Shown piece by piece: positions 1-14,269 of a stretch of 64,000 nucleotides of DNA. The position numbers were made by a program, and so were the translations under genes. The stretch is from Schmidtea nova (Eukaryota). Every line of letters begins with the position of its first letter. Positions within the stretch are counted from its first letter, which is position 1. A model generated the notes under the pieces. It was not told the origin of the DNA and did no database searches. It worked only from the letters and a program-made list of their open reading frames with translations. Location: positions 572,880,001 through 572,944,000 of the forward strand of contig CM097882.1 of NCBI GenBank assembly GCA_044892505.1. The letters are read 5' to 3'.

Positions 1-159
1 ATGTCCCAATTATTATTTTGCAATAATCAATGAATAAAATGATCATTTATTTAAATATTTGTTTTTCCCGTCAAACTAAATTAGCAATAAATATTTTGTG
101 CTATAAATACTACTTGAATTATTAAAATAAAAAATCATATTGAATGGGTAAATTAATAC

Positions 160-300
160 TTAAACAAACATGACAAAGATTTAATTAATGAAAAACGCCA
201 TTTATATAACATCCGTACTATATATTTCGACAGACTACCTGCCATTTCAGGTATCTAGAAACAAAATTATAAAGTTTTATTAAAATTAAATAAATAAATT
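160..300 (+). pseudogene. Degenerate remnant of Penelope-like RT around the (Y)VDD motif
   Basis: Shares the block cgaca.act.cctgccat..caggtatcta.aaac with 13715-13850 and, inverted, with 15160-15240, which lies in a Penelope-like RT/GIY-YIG fragment. No ORF remains. Confidence 0.35.
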
Positions 301-1267
301 TTTTTAAATACTTAAGAAATTTTTAAAATTTGTTAATAATTATTCATTTTTAAATTAATGTTTGGATTGATTTTTAATAAATTAAAATAATATTTGAAAA
401 TTTTAAATCTTTATCTAATTATATTTTATAATTTGTTTTAATATATTGAATTTACCATAGTTATTTTCTGAATACCTGTTAATGACAGGGAGTCTGTTAA
501 AATATATAATACGTATGTTTTATAAATTAGGGTTTTCAATGATTATTAAATTGTTTATTTCAGTTAGAGATTTATGTTGTGTTAATTTGCACTACTTTAT
601 TGTATTAATTTTAAATTATATTATGAAAATGTCTATAAATTTAACGTCCATTTTAAAGTTTGACTTTGTACAACTTAGTGATTTTATACGCATATATTTG
701 TATAAAAATAATGATAAAAAACTTGAAATTATAAATGAATATTTTAAATTATAAAAACAAATTAATTAAATTTTAAGAGACATTTTAAAATTTGCATTTG
801 CGGCGGATAGTTCTATAGTAGTTATTAGATATTGTTTTGAAAGAAATTTAAATTATTTAAAATAATTTTTTTCAATTTAAATTATTTTACCAACAAATTT
901 CAAATTAATAAAATGATCAAAGTGATTAAAATACTCCAAAAGAATCATAGAAAATTTTAATCTCTCTTAATGATTGTATTTACAGAAATCCATTGATTCA
1001 CTTAATTGCATTGAGTGTTTTAATGCACCATGTGCTGTTTTAATCAACCGAATCATTCACTCTCTCACGGTGCTGATTCCGGCGGATGAAACGTGAAAAT
1101 TATAAAATCAATCATAATAATAAATTACTGCGTCAATAGTATTATTTTAATAATATTGCGAAATTTTATAATTATTAAACTGATAAATTTTTAAAAAAAT
1201 TTGTTTAACTTAATCAAAATTTAAAACCATATAATTAATTTTTAAAAATACATAAAATTAATTAAAT

Positions 1268-1939
1268 TGTTGGGGTGAAAAAATTTAAAATACTTATAAA
1301 ACTTATGCAAACAAAAAGTTATAGATGAATATAACAATTTAAAATTTAGGGGGGGGGGGGTCCCAGGTAACGGTATTGCAAAATTAAAAATAATATAATT
1401 ACTAATTAATAAGTCAAAAAATCAGTAATAATCTCCGAAGAAAACTAGAATTCCGAAGATGGAAGATGCATTGATGACTCATTAGATTGGGACCAAATGT
1501 GTAAATTGGATAATTATTCGGTTTCTCGGCAACCAAGTAATTGTATAATTTAGACTTTCAGAGCGTCACCGGGATTAGTTAAAATAAATCCGTAATCAGC
1601 TTTTATACCAAAAGGTATTTAAGCAGAAAAAGCATTTCAAAGAAGGAAGAAGAAATCCTAGAGAAGAAACTTAGAAGAAACCTATTTTTAAAAAATCATA
1701 GAGAATAGCAGAGAAATATCTCTAAGAAAGAATTATAAATGCTTAAACGAAAAGTCACAGTTTACCCGAAGTACCATCCGTTCCATCGTAAAACTCACTC
1801 GATATTAATTCGGAATTGTATAAAGTGATTTATTCTGTGAATGTGTTAAATAAATTCAAAACTCTTAATTATTTGTTGGGTTCTGTATTGGTTGATCAAA
1901 AGGACGCATGGAGTGAGGAATTCAAATCCTATCAAAACA
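1268..1939 (+). mobile_element. Degenerate solo-LTR-like sequence related to the 45925-62893 LTR family
   Basis: Starts TGTTGGGG. The 3' end (tttgttgggttct...ggagtgag...aaaaca) resembles the U5 end of the full-length LTR. No TSD found. Confidence 0.5.
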
Positions 1940-2520
1940 TTTGTAATAAAACCAAACAAAATTAATTAATTATTTGTAGAAAATAATCAAAATACCTATT
2001 TCGGTAATAAATATTGGTTTTAACGTTTTCGTCTGCCTGAAACATTGGCAAGACCAAACTTATTGCGATTACAGGACTAATGGTGGTGATGTAGAATTTT
2101 ATTGCCAAATGGGGTCCCATGTGTCTTTAGTAAAGAATGTTGGGGATGTATTGATTGGTGCAAAATAATAAAGTTAAATACTCAGAGAATTGTGTATAGA
2201 ACAATAAAAATGGGTAAATTCATAAAAATTCCACAATTGACAAGTAAAGTACAAAAATTAATTAAAAATTTGAAAAATTAAGATTTTCCGGTGGAAACGA
2301 ATATGAATGTATGCCAAATTATGAATCAAAATAAAATAAAATAAATGGTGGATTCCCAGAGAAAAATATTAAGAGACTACAAATTAGTTAAAAATAATAA
2401 ATAAACTTAATTGGCTAATGAAAACTCCGATCTAATGGAAAACAAATTAAGTAACTAGATCGTTTCCTTGGACCAGCCAATACGTGGCCATAAATTAATA
2501 AAACTAATAGCTAAATATTT

Positions 2521-2750
2521 TAATATTAATATCAATAATTTCCAAAAGACTATAGATCAAAAATATTTTTTAAACAAGTACACAATATTTTGGCACAACT
2601 TTTATCAAGTGTGAAATACACACTTAATAAAGTCTGTGCCGAAATATTGAGTACTTGTTTCAAAGAATTTTGATCTATATTCTTACCATTGTGGGAATTA
2701 TTGATATTGATATTAAAAAGATCAAAGGTGAAACAAAAAGATAATTATGA
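2521..2750. repeat. Palindromic (hairpin) MITE-like repeat, copy 1
   Basis: ~100-bp imperfect inverted arms centred on aagtgtg-aaata-cacactt, followed by the tail aaagatcaaaggtgaa...aaagataattatga seen in other copies. Confidence 0.7.
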
Positions 2751-2991
2751 TGCTAAATATTTTGTTGTTGCGAGATGTCTCTTCATTGGTCAATTATATT
2801 GCACTTGAATAATTCGTTGTTATTATTAGATTAGAGAAAGAGAGAGAGATAAAAGATTCCAAAAATTTTCAGTTGGCCAATTGGTTAAAGATAAATTATT
2901 TTTTAAGCGATTCAAAAAGATATTATAATTTAAAGAAAAGACAAAGTAGTTTTTTGATTATAAGCAGTACAAAGTAGTCAATCAAATTAGA

Positions 2992-3872
2992 CAGGCCCGG
3001 TTTTAGGCATAGGCGACGTCGGCAGCTGCCTAGGGCGCCGATTTACAAGTGGGCGCCAAATAGTTCTGCTTTTTTGTCAAGTAAATTAAATTAAATATTT
3101 TATAAACTTTCTATCTTTATATTGATATATACATATGTATGAATTTGTATATATATATGTATGTACGTAAAACATGTAATTCCATCGTTGTTTTAGTCCG
3201 ATACCGATTACTTATTTCTTTTAAAATTTAAAAAAATACAACTGAAAATCGATTTAAAAAAATATTTTGCAAGTTTAAAAAAGTTAACTGAAAAGCGGTT
3301 TTTAAAAAAATTTAGCATATAGCATGCTCTGAAATTTTTTACGGCACGATGATTCTAAAGATATTGATGGTACAGATTTGTTGAACGAATTGATATTTAT
3401 AGCTAGACATATTCCAAAAAACTTATTGCCGGAAGATGTACTTAATTATATTTGTAAAAATAATATAGTGGACAGCGTTCCAAATATATTTGTTGCTTTG
3501 CGAATTTTATTAACCCTACCAGTTTCTGTGGCAAGCGGTGAACGAAGCTTTTCGAAGCTTAAACAGATCAAAACATATATAAGATCTACAATGTCACAAG
3601 AACGGCTTGTGGGATTAGCAATATTGTCGATTGAACACGAAATGGCGCGTGATATAGATACGAAGTTGCTGCTTGAAGATTTCGCTAAACTAAAAGCACG
3701 AAAAATTAAATTTTAAATGGTTTTTGTTTTTATATATATTTTTGTGTAATAAATAAATGAAGTATAGTTATTTTATTTTCATTTACTTCTTTAATTATTG
3801 GGTTTGTTTCTAAACTAGAGGCGCCATTTTTTTAGTTTGCCTAGGGCGCCAAATACTCTAGCGCCGGGCCTG
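2992..3872 (+). mobile_element. Non-autonomous hAT element, internal-deletion derivative of 23192-26649
   Basis: TIRs caggcccgg/ccgggcctg and a perfect 8-bp TSD aaattaga (2984-2991, 3873-3880). Near-identical to both ends of the long copy. Keeps only the C-terminal dimerisation-domain coding segment (3378-3716). Confidence 0.95.
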
Positions 3873-4289
3873 AAATTAGAAAGCGTACAAAAGAAGTGAT
3901 CGCATATAAAATGTGCAGATAAAATTTTAAATGTTGTTGATCAATTTGTTGTTGAGTATGGAGTTATTGTATTTCAAAACAAAGAGCACGTGGAGTCAGA
4001 ATTGTAATATCGACTTTTATAAACAAGGCAACAAAATAAAAAGTGGATTTTAAAAACAGAATACAAAGTCCAAACGGTGCTATATAAAATGAAAAAAGAT
4101 TGCCATTTTAACGTCATCAATTTTAAATTATATAATTTATACAAATTATTCTAAAATTGAAATAAATATTTAGAAAAAACTGAAACCTCACTTTTTTCAT
4201 TTCATTATTGGTCTATTTTATTTTTTATCATTTCCTTTAATTTTATTTTTAACACGAATTTTCGGAATTCCATTTTTAAATGCTAAATA

Positions 4290-4975
4290 TCAAATAATAA
4301 TAATAATTTAAATCAATAATTTTCATATTAATAATTGTATGACTATAGATCAGCGATTATCAACCCGTGGTACACGAACCCCAAGAGGTACGCGAAAAAA
4401 GCTTAGTAATGATGGATTGTAAAAATATACTATTCTCCTCTCGTCTCGATCAAGTTTCAGAGCAATGTCAAACAGTGGACAAAAAAAATGTTTTAGCGCT
4501 CACTATTTACAAATAAAATATTGTTCGAAGTTATGTTTTTTCGTTTAAACTAAAATTGTATATCTGCTGCGCAATATTTAATTTTTTCGGCCGCTACATC
4601 TTTTTCAGCACTTCATATTTGAACATAAATTGTATTAGTCATAGTCAGATACCGTGCACACAATTCTTGCATCTAACGTAAGTGGTACAATTTAGGATAA
4701 TGAACTGCCAAGGGGTACGCAAGCTAATAAATGTTGATAATCGTTGCTGTAGATCAAAAGTTTTTTGGTTGTTAGGTACACGATATTTTGGCACAGCCTT
4801 TATAAAGTGTGCATTTATATTTTTAAAATACACACTTGATAAATTCTGCGCCGAGATATCATGTATTTGACAATTAAAAAAATTTCGATGTAGTCATGCA
4901 AATATTAATATGAAAATTATTGATTTAAATAAAAAGATATCAAAGGTGAAGCCAAAAGATAATTATGATATTAAT
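4290..4975. repeat. Palindromic MITE-like repeat, copy 2 (carries a hAT MITE insertion)
   Basis: Same arms (gactatagatcaaaa...ggcacagcctttat..aagtgtg / cacacttgataaa) and tail (tcaaaggtgaagccaaaagataattatga) as copy 1. Confidence 0.6.
4351..4746. mobile_element. hAT (Charlie-type) MITE
   Basis: 14-bp TIR cagcgattatcaac / gttgataatcgttg (13/14). 8-bp TSD ctatagat / ctgtagat (7/8). Non-coding. Confidence 0.8.
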
Positions 4976-7900
4976 ATCAAATAATACGACATTGGTTCCA
5001 ACTAGTGATTTCACTGGTCTATAAAAGCATAATTTGAACGCAGTCTAAAACTATTGATTTATTACTTTTGTTTTAAAAACGTTTCAGTTCATTAATTAAT
5101 TTTTATTTGACTATTATTTAGTTGTTACAAGCTCTTTATCACTAATTTCGTTTGATGGCTTTTGTTATTAACTCATAACTTGCCGCGTGTAATTTATATT
5201 TTATTTCTTATTCATATTTTATCTAATTTAATTGAATTATTTGCAAATTTTGTTTGAATTTATCATGATAAATATTTTTTAAAATTTTTTTATTCTGTTA
5301 ATAATCAAACATTTATCATTTTTATCATTAATTAACTGATCACTTTTAATTATTTTCTCTTTTCATTTATTTATTGAATTTGATTTCACATACATTACAC
5401 TAAAATTATTTTTAATTTTTTGCCTATTTTTATATGTAATTTTGAAATAATATACATTAGATAAAAATCAAAACAACAATATGGCTGACAAATATAGACA
5501 ATAACACTTTCAAATTGTATTTATACTTCAATTTAATAAGGTTGGTAAACCAAAGCGAGACCGCCTTCACGGTTATTTTAAAATACTTTGACTTCTAATT
5601 GGCTCTTTCGCTTTCTTAAATTTCTTTTATCGTCTGTTTTTTGTGAGCAAGTGGCAACTGGCCAATAANNNNNNNNNNNNNNNNNNNNNNNNNNNNNNNN
5701 NNNNNNNNNNNNNNNNNNNNNNNNNNNNNNNNNNNNNNNNNNNNNNNNNNNNNNNNNNNNNNNNNNNNNNNNNNNNNNNNNNNNNNNNNNNNNNNNNNNN
5801 NNNNNNNNNNNNNNNNNNNNNNNNNNNNNNNNNNNNNNNNNNNNNNNNNNNNNNNNNNNNNNNNNNNNNNNNNNNNNNNNNNNNNNNNNNNNNNNNNNNN
5901 NNNNNNNNNNNNNNNNNNNNNNNNNNNNNNNNNNNNNNNAATCTAATAATCAAAATTATTGAAACAAAACAATTTGATTAGACAGACGACTCTTGCTCAT
6001 AGGCCACCTTAAAATTATTTAATTATTTTATTGACAGCTCGGGGTTTCCATACAGCCATTAAATTGATTCGGTTTTCTTAATTAATTTGTATTTTTGAAA
6101 TAATTTTTATGGGACTTCCACTGATTTTTTACTATTATCTTTGTATTTGTCTCACTATTTGCAACCGTTTTCCTTTCAAAATATTGATTTTTAATTTAAT
6201 TTATTACTTTTTAATTTTTGCACTTTTATTGATTTTACCACAGTTTTTCGAGCATTGAAAGTTATTTTGCACCAATTAAGACCACTTCAACATTTATTTG
6301 ATTTGCCCTATTGTTCTCCCAGCATTATTATTTTCAGTTCTCCTCTTTTATTGCAACCTCCACATTGATAACACTGTAGAACATTTCTTGGTGCAATTTA
6401 GTGAACCAAGTTTTTCGAAAAACCTTTACTTCTATAGTCTTGATCTTTTTTTATTCTTTTCTGAACTTTATTTGTTTTAACACATTGCTGGGAGGAGACT
6501 CATATTGGCGTATTTTACCTTTCTTTCATTTACTACACTACACTTAAAAGAATTTAATCCTAGAACCTCTTTCATATATTCTTTTATAATTATTTATTAA
6601 AAATGGTAAAAATCTTTTTTAACACAAAAATTGAAAATTATTTACATAATAGGTTAAAAAATTTATTGCTATGTTGTGAAAGTTTATTTATTTGTATATA
6701 TAATATATATAATACAAATAAATAAATATAATATAAATAAATAAATAAATATAAATATAAATAAATATAAATAAATATAAATATAAATATTAATATTAAT
6801 ATAAATATAAATANNNNNNNNNNNNNNNNNNNNNNNNNNNNNNNNNNNNNNNNNNNNNNNNNNNNNNNNNNNNNNNNNNNNNNNNNNNNNNNNNNNNNNN
6901 NNNNNNNNNNNNNNNNNNNNNNNNNNNNNNNNNNNNNNNNNNNNNNNNNNNNNNNNNNNNNNNNNNNNNNNNNNNNNNNNNNNNNNNNNNNNNNNNNNNN
7001 NNNNNNNNNNNNNNNNNNNNNNNNNTTGTGAAAAATTGAGTTATGTTAAACTTTCGCGCCTCCTTTTGCATTAGTCTGTGCTTTCCAGTTATGAAATCGA
7101 CGACGGAGATTAAGAAATTGGCTACTAAACCACTTATCAAAAACTTTTATTTTTGAATTGGCCTCTTAATCTGTTACCAAAATTGACAAATTCTGGTCAC
7201 TGTATCATAGAGTTCGGACGTCTTTTAGTCAAGCACTTTTTTCATCGCATAATTGAAAATAATGTGATCATTTACTTATAAATGACCTTTTTTCAAATTA
7301 CATATTATTTGAATAATTTATTATAATTTATTATATTCCTAAATATTATCCATCTAATAATTACTATTTGTTATCATTACTATTTTTTACTAAAAATGTT
7401 CCTAGTACGTTATATAATCTTGACTAACCAGTAGCAAAGCATCCTTCAAATTTCGTCCAATCGTTTTGTTGGAACGGCAATGGTAGATCCAGGTTTCTAG
7501 AATTAGGGACCGCCAAAATATTTTTGATCCATTTTCCTTTAAACAATGACTCAATATCAGTTGAAAATTTTATTCTTTCAGATTTATCTGCTTCAGACAT
7601 TTTATTATTTGTTGCAATTGAACATTTGATCTATTTATTGTTTATTATAAGCCAATTGCTTTTGCGCAAAATTTATTTTGATTCAAAAACAATTTGACAT
7701 TAAAAAACCAGTCTAAATTTAAATAAAACAATAGTAAAACTTGCTTATAAGTAAAAAAAAGTTCATAAACGCATTTCTTCTCGAATGGTAATAGTCTACT
7801 TATTGTTGGGATTGTTTAGATTAGTGCAAAATAAAGTTTAAATGCACAGAAAATTGCGTGTAAACCAATAAAATGTATCATTAGGCAAAATTCAAAACTA

Positions 7901-8460
7901 ACAAATGAAGTGCAAAAATTAATTAAAAAAATTTTTAATTGCTATTTAACGAGTATGAGCTGGTGGAAAATAATGAGACGAGTACGAATACATTAATTTC
8001 AAATCAATGTCAGGCAATCAATGTGATGACAGGAGTCCCGAGCTTGACATGCCTTTTTTGTTTAATTTGACAATTTGCGTACTATTAATACAAAATGTCC
8101 TATTTTCGTTTACTATTATTGGTCAAATTACTCCAAATAATGAATTTTGTTTTACACAATTTTCATATTTTCTACATATTGGCTTACATTTCTTTTTGTT
8201 ATTACTTTATGAGATTTCCTTAGGTAAGGATTTATACTTTTTGCAATGGTATTAGTTTCATTTCCTCCTTTAATATTAAACCGTTTTTTATTTTGCTTTC
8301 AGTTTTGTCACAAAAAATTTAAGTAATATTTTTAAATTTATATATTTTTATTCTTAAGATAAAAGATCAAATTTTTACGATACAACACAAATATTCGGCA
8401 CTGCTGTTTAAAGTGGCTTTTTTATTTTTCTTGAAAACGACAGTACCGAAAATTGACGTT

Positions 8461-8619
8461 TATCAAAACAAATTTGATCTATTGTAATATAATTAAAATC
8501 TATGAAATTGAAAAAATATATATAAAAAGTGACCAAAATAAAAATAGTATGATAATATGATCATAATTGATCAAAACAAATTTGATCTATTGTAATATAA
8601 TTAAAATCTATGAAATTGA

Positions 8620-8669
<50 letters not shown>

Positions 8670-8820
8670 GACCAAAATAAAAATAGTATGATAATATTAA
8701 TAGTATGATAATATGATCATAATTAATCAAAACAAATTTGATCTATTGTAATATAATTAAAATCTATGAAATTGAAAAATATATAGAAAAAAAGTGACCA
8801 AAATAAAAATAGTATAATAA
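8461..8820. repeat. Tandem repeat, ~3 units of ~115 bp, with a (TA)n expansion
   Basis: The unit atcaaaacaaatttgatctattgtaatataattaaaatctatgaaattgaaaaa...aagtgaccaaaataaaaatagtat occurs three times. Confidence 0.7.
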
Positions 8821-9997
8821 TATTTTTTGAATTTTTTAAGAATTTCTAAAACCAGATCAAATAAAAATGAAATTTTTCTCAATTTTCTGAGACTTATGAT
8901 GCTATCATTGTATGATACTTGTTCTTGGTTTTAATTAAATTTTAAGTCAGAATTATTGTATAAAATGCACAATTTTAATTACGTCACCGCAATTAATCAG
9001 TTTTATCTAGTTTGAAAGTGAGATTACCTAATCTCTTGATTTATTGACAATGTTTATACAAATGTTATTGTAATAATAATACTATTATAGTAAGTTTAAA
9101 GTAATTAACGTTTACCCAAGAATTTTCTGTTATTTATCATAACATCACGTTAGTAAATTGGATAGAAATATTTTGTTTATCTAAATCATTTATTTTCATT
9201 TTTTCAGACAAAATATCAAAAGAAAATTTTTTATTATTCTATATAAATTTTTACATTTTGTCTGAAATAAAAACTAAAAAGAATATCAAATCGAAAAAAG
9301 ATCAAAGGTGAAGAAGATTAAAGATTTTATCTATATTAGTTGATTTAATTTATAAGAAATTTAGAAAATATTTAGAAAATATTTAAAATAAGAGCTATTG
9401 CTTGTCATTATGACCTTTTATCTTTTTCACTATGGTTTTGTTTATTTTCAATTTTTTTGAATTTTATTAACTTTTTTCCTCGAAATGTCCCTATGCTTTT
9501 ATTTTATGTCCATTTCAAGTTGAAATCTTAAATCTGCTGCAAAACTTTGTAATTAAATTTAGCCATATTTTTTTTTTGGCTGTGACTAGATTTTATCACT
9601 GTTTTCATCATGTTGTAATTAAATATGTCGTTATTTATAATTTATCCTAATGATACATGTGCTCTATGCACAGTTCATTATAATAATTTCCTTTGAAATA
9701 TTTTGAATGGATAACTACCATAACAGACAATTGTTGGGCTGGTGAAATCAGAAAATAAATTAGTGTAAACGTTAGGAAAAACAGAAAAAATAAATTATTT
9801 AATCCATAGACACAGAATCTCGTAGAGTTAAAACAGAACAAAATATAAATATTCTAAAAGTAACTAGAATAAACAATAACTATATAATTTCAAATTTATC
9901 TTTTGTGCACAAATAAATTGTTGATTACGCCTAAAGGCATTTCAACCATAATTCTTGTTTAATTGTAACAAAAAGAATATTTATATGTGTGTATGTG

Positions 9998-10033
<36 letters not shown>

Positions 10034-10035
<2 letters not shown>

Positions 10036-10520
10036 GTAGCGGACTGGCAAATTTGAGCGGCCCGGGAAACCCCAAGTGGACCGGCCTCAAAAAAAAACAA
10101 TATAATATAAAATAACATTTTAATATAATATTACATATAAATACATACTTAATAAAAAATAAATAAACAAAAGATTCTTAACCATTTAAATATTTACTAA
10201 TACCAGGAGCATTTTCTCTTATTTTCTCTATTATTGTATAATTATTTAAATTAACCAAAATATCCTTCTCTATCGCCATAAGCATCAAAAACTGCAAATT
10301 ATCTTGTGACAAGGAAGATCTGAGTCTATTTTTTATAATTTTTAATTTGGAAAAACTACGTTCACAAGCTACTTGCGTCGAAGAAAATGTTAAAATAAAT
10401 TTATATGCAAAATAAACATTGCTGTATACTTTGCTATATAAATTATATTTAGCCAAGAAATTAAAACAGCAATAAATACAATTTTTGCAACTCTTTTTGT
10501 TTTTGAGGCATACTTCACTT
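10034..10520 (-). mobile_element. 3' end remnant of a hAT transposon
   Basis: ORF 10178-10456 encodes a hAT dimerisation-domain motif (TQVACERSFSKLKIIKNRLRSSLSQDNL). TIR-like cagtagcggactggc at 10034. The partner end was not found. Confidence 0.7.
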
Positions 10521-11379
10521 ATTATTTCTGAATCTGAATCAGTTAATTCATCGGTAATATATAATATATGTATAAAAAATCATCAATGAGATGTAAACGA
10601 ATTATCAGCAAACAAATTTGAATTAAAAATAAAACAAATAAAATGAATTGCAAAAACAATTTTTATAAATAAATTAAAGTTATATGATTGTGAAATTACG
10701 TAGTCACAATTGGTTTTGTTGTTCATTCACTCAGATCTATACGAGTTAGTGAACCGTTGAATTGCCGCGCAGTTTGCTGTTGCGGGCTTTGGTTTTGCTT
10801 AGTGGCTGGGTGGTCTGATAAAACTTATTCATGCATGAAAATGTGAAAAAAATTAAAAAAAATTGGAAATTACGTGCATGCAGTCTAGACAAAGTCGGCA
10901 TGCGAGAGCACACTTAATGTCCGAGCGACTGGTGTTATGGGTCGGTGAGATGATAGAAAGCCGCAGCATACACCTACAGTTTTTCGCTGAAATGTGCATA
11001 ACAAACCCGCATCAGTAGTGGACACACCGATATCAAAGAAATCACAATTAAAACGCTCGTAGAACATTTTTTTTAAATTAAAAATTTACACAGATTTAGG
11101 AGAAGATTCCACAAGCCAGCTTCGAGCATGCAAATTTTGTGGATTTTGTTTGTAATGGTTACTATGATTTTATGTTATTTAATAGATATTCTATGATGTT
11201 TATTATTGTTATATAAAATTGTCATTTATAAATATAAATATGCTTCCTCAGTAGCTCACGCTGCGAGGGCGCAAGCCATTTTTGTGGGACTTTTTAGATC
11301 CATGAGATGGTGAGTGAGATGAAAGTATTTTATATGTAAATATTTTTATAGAGGTTGACATAGAGATAATTTACTAAAC

Positions 11380-11830
11380 TTTTTGATAAATCATTTCGGT
11401 AGTTCTGATCGTTGTACACAACGACAGTTTTGATAAAACCTTTCAGTAGTTCTGATCTTTGTACATATCGATAGTTTTTATAAACCTTTTGATCATTACA
11501 CATAATGAATAGTTTTGATAAAACATTTTGATCGTTACACATAGTGAATAGTTTTTGGTAAGATATTTTTAATAGTGATAGTTATTGATTGTTGTATATA
11601 GTGATAGTATTTTGAGTGTTGCACAATTTTTATTACATAGCAATGATTTTGAGTTTTACATAGCGATAGGTTTTCAGGTTTGCACATTTTTCAGCGAAAA
11701 TTTTGAATTTTACACGAAATTTAAATCTCACATAGCGATTTAAGTTCAGAATTAAAATTTTCGCAAGATGAATTTGATCAAGAAATATTTGCACATAGCA
11801 ATGCAGCGACATAGTGATGATTTTGGGCTT
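11380..11830. repeat. Degenerate minisatellite-like array
   Basis: Recurrent ~35-40-bp units gatc.ttacaca(t)a..ga.(t)agttttgataaaac, decaying to cacatagcgat cores. Confidence 0.5.
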
Positions 11831-13381
11831 TTGAACAGTTATACTTAGTAAAGGAGATTTCCGAGAATTTTTAAAAATAAATGTATTTTTACGATGTATC
11901 GCTTTATTTTGTTGTTTTCGAAATTCAAGAATTGTAGCTAACTTATATCTTTAGTTGAAATACGATTTGTTCGGGAATTTGAGTGTAGATGACGATAGAA
12001 TAACAGCGTAAGGCCTTCTTGCGGCAGCAGAAACCCGTGAAAATAAATGGGGAGTAGTTCCAGCGACGGAGCTCACCGGCCCATTATTTTTCCTCACCTT
12101 GCGCATTTCCAACCTATCTTTACAGGAAGTAGGTAGGAGCGCTTGAGTGAGATAGTGTATATTTATGTATGGCCATGGATAGGGCATCCCTAGCATAGTG
12201 ACGTATTGTTTTCGAAACTCTTCCATAAACCCAGCACAATAAATTGTTTTATTACCATAGCAAGATTTATTTTATCTTACAATGGGTTTCTATGGAAACG
12301 GAAACACTTATTTTCTTCTTCGTGTTGCAGAGAATATTTAGAAATTTCTATCCGTGCCCCTACAATCCTGTATCTAGAGGACTCGAACAATTCAGTATTT
12401 AATATTTACCACAGTTGTCAAAGGTTAATTAATGTTGACGTTGATGATTCTTAGGTACATTACGGTGAAAAGTTACCAGAAGTGCATTTGCCAAATCTGT
12501 TAGGGAAAATGTGAAGCTTTTAAGTCATAAACTACTACTTAAAACTCTTTGAACATGATCCTAAGAATTAGGACAAGGAGTTGAAATCAGTAGAAGTTCA
12601 AAAAAAATGTTTCACTTTAGCAATTGAAGCATTTGTCAAGTTACATGCTTGTAATCTTTGGCGTAAACATAACCAAATAATAACCTTGAAAATCGGGGAA
12701 TCCTGACAAAGACGTTTTCAAATTCGTTTATTAAAATTCCATCCAGTGATCTCACCTCGGTGACCCCCAAGATGATCTCCCTTCTAGGGACAGCATTCTC
12801 GATATCCTGAAAGCGAGAGTTAAAGTCAACCAATATTTGGCACATAATTATTAACTTTACTGCCATCTTGCGACTGGTTCAGAATATTAAATTTTGTGCA
12901 CTTTTGACGTCATCACATGCAATGTTACTATCTGTCCATTGCTATTAAAAAGGTGTGTTAGCTGTGCATTCGAAATTAGTTACATTATCCGCTAGATTAT
13001 TTTGTTCGACATAAACATAACCATTTATTGCAATCTTATTTTTTCCTTGCGGGTCACAGGGGTGAGATCATTGGGTGGAATCACCGAGGTTAGTAAATCA
13101 CCTAGACTCGGGATTTGGCTCCATCGGACTCCTACTTGTTTAATCACCTCAATAAATCCATATGATATCAGAAGTTTCTCACAAGAAACGATTTGAAAGA
13201 TTAAGTGACGAATCTTTGGGCAAAAAGTTTTAGACTTTTTTACAAAATCGCTTTTATAAACCTGGTAACACACTGTAAAGATATTTCAATGCAAATGAAA
13301 TTTATTTTGAGAAATGTAAACTGCATAACTTACTTATTGTAAATAGGAAATATATTTGCTTTTATTCATTTATTTCTATAT

Positions 13382-13400
13382 TTATTGGGCGCACCACGTA
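13382..13400 (+). repeat. Orphan mariner right-TIR remnant
   Basis: ttattgggcgcaccacg followed by TA is identical to the outer 17 bp of the 18267-19561 mariner right TIR. Confidence 0.5.
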
Positions 13401-13714
13401 TTTGTTACAAACTTTATTATTATTATGGATAGCCAAGTCCAAGTGATATTTGCATCCAGTTTAACGCAGTGTATATATAAGAAAGAAATCATTTTATTTC
13501 TGCGAATGGCATCAACACTTGTAAATTTTCAATCAAGTAAAGTTCTGACTTTCTTTTTTTTAATATATCATTTTTTCAGCATCAACAGATCATTTATGAT
13601 CACTGGTCTGTTCTTATTTAACTATGACTTTTCATGAAAGTTTGTATTATTTTCATTAGCAATCAAAAACAAAATATTTCTATATAAATTTCTTAAGCAT
13701 AATTGGTAGTACTT

Positions 13715-13850
13715 AAACAAACATGGAAGCGATTTAATTAATGTAAAACGCAATTTATAAATCATACGAACTATACATGTCGACAAACTCCCTGCCATCT
13801 TCAGGTATCTATAAAACTATGCTAAGATCAAGTTAAATAAACAAATTATA
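13715..13850 (+). pseudogene. Penelope-like RT remnant
   Basis: Translates RTIHVDKLPAIFRYL, a decayed RYVDD-xxxIF motif. Homologous to 160-300 and 15160-15240. Confidence 0.35.
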
Positions 13851-14269
13851 AAATATAATTAGATTTTTTAGATTTATTAAATATTATTTTAGAATATAAA
13901 TTTTAACTTATTAAGAATCAAACCACAAATTAATTTTAAAATGATTAATTATTAACAAATTTTATTTAAAATTTCTAAAAAGTTTAAAAAAATTTATTTT
14001 TAAAAAATTTTATTTATTAAATTTCACCAAAACTAATTTCTTCATTCAATTTAATTAATACAACAAAACACACATATTAACACACAAACTATTTAAAAAC
14101 ATTTAAAATACACGTATTCGCAGCATTCTGTACATTAAGTTTAGGATTTAAAGATCTTATCAACAGTGCTTCAAATATAATGCGTTCATAATGATTATTA
14201 ATATTTTTTGATAAGATTTAAAAATCAGAGATGCCAATCTTTCTGTTACAGATTTTATTTTGATTACTA

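Larger units (their letters stand above)
2138..4033 (+). mobile_element. Solo LTR of the same family, interrupted by a palindromic repeat and a hAT derivative
   Basis: 2138-2445 matches the 5' third of the LTR (TGTTGGGG...gattcccagagaaaaatattaag...ctaatggaaaac). 3960-4033 matches the 3' end (aaagagcacgtggagtcagaa...cgactt...caaca). No TSD. Confidence 0.6.

Noticed and set aside
5950-6600. Possible decayed gag/pol-like coding remnant on the minus strand
   Set aside because: Too many stops and no diagnostic motif.
5627-7140. ORFs containing long X runs (also 14770-15114, 22597-22971, 27319-27551, 59302-59595, 61534-62130)
   Set aside because: They are open only because they cross N-gaps.
12700-13110. 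24-bp imperfect inverted repeat (gggtcac.g.ggtgagatca.tgg) about 250 bp apart
   Set aside because: No TSD, defined termini or coding signal. Cannot be assigned.
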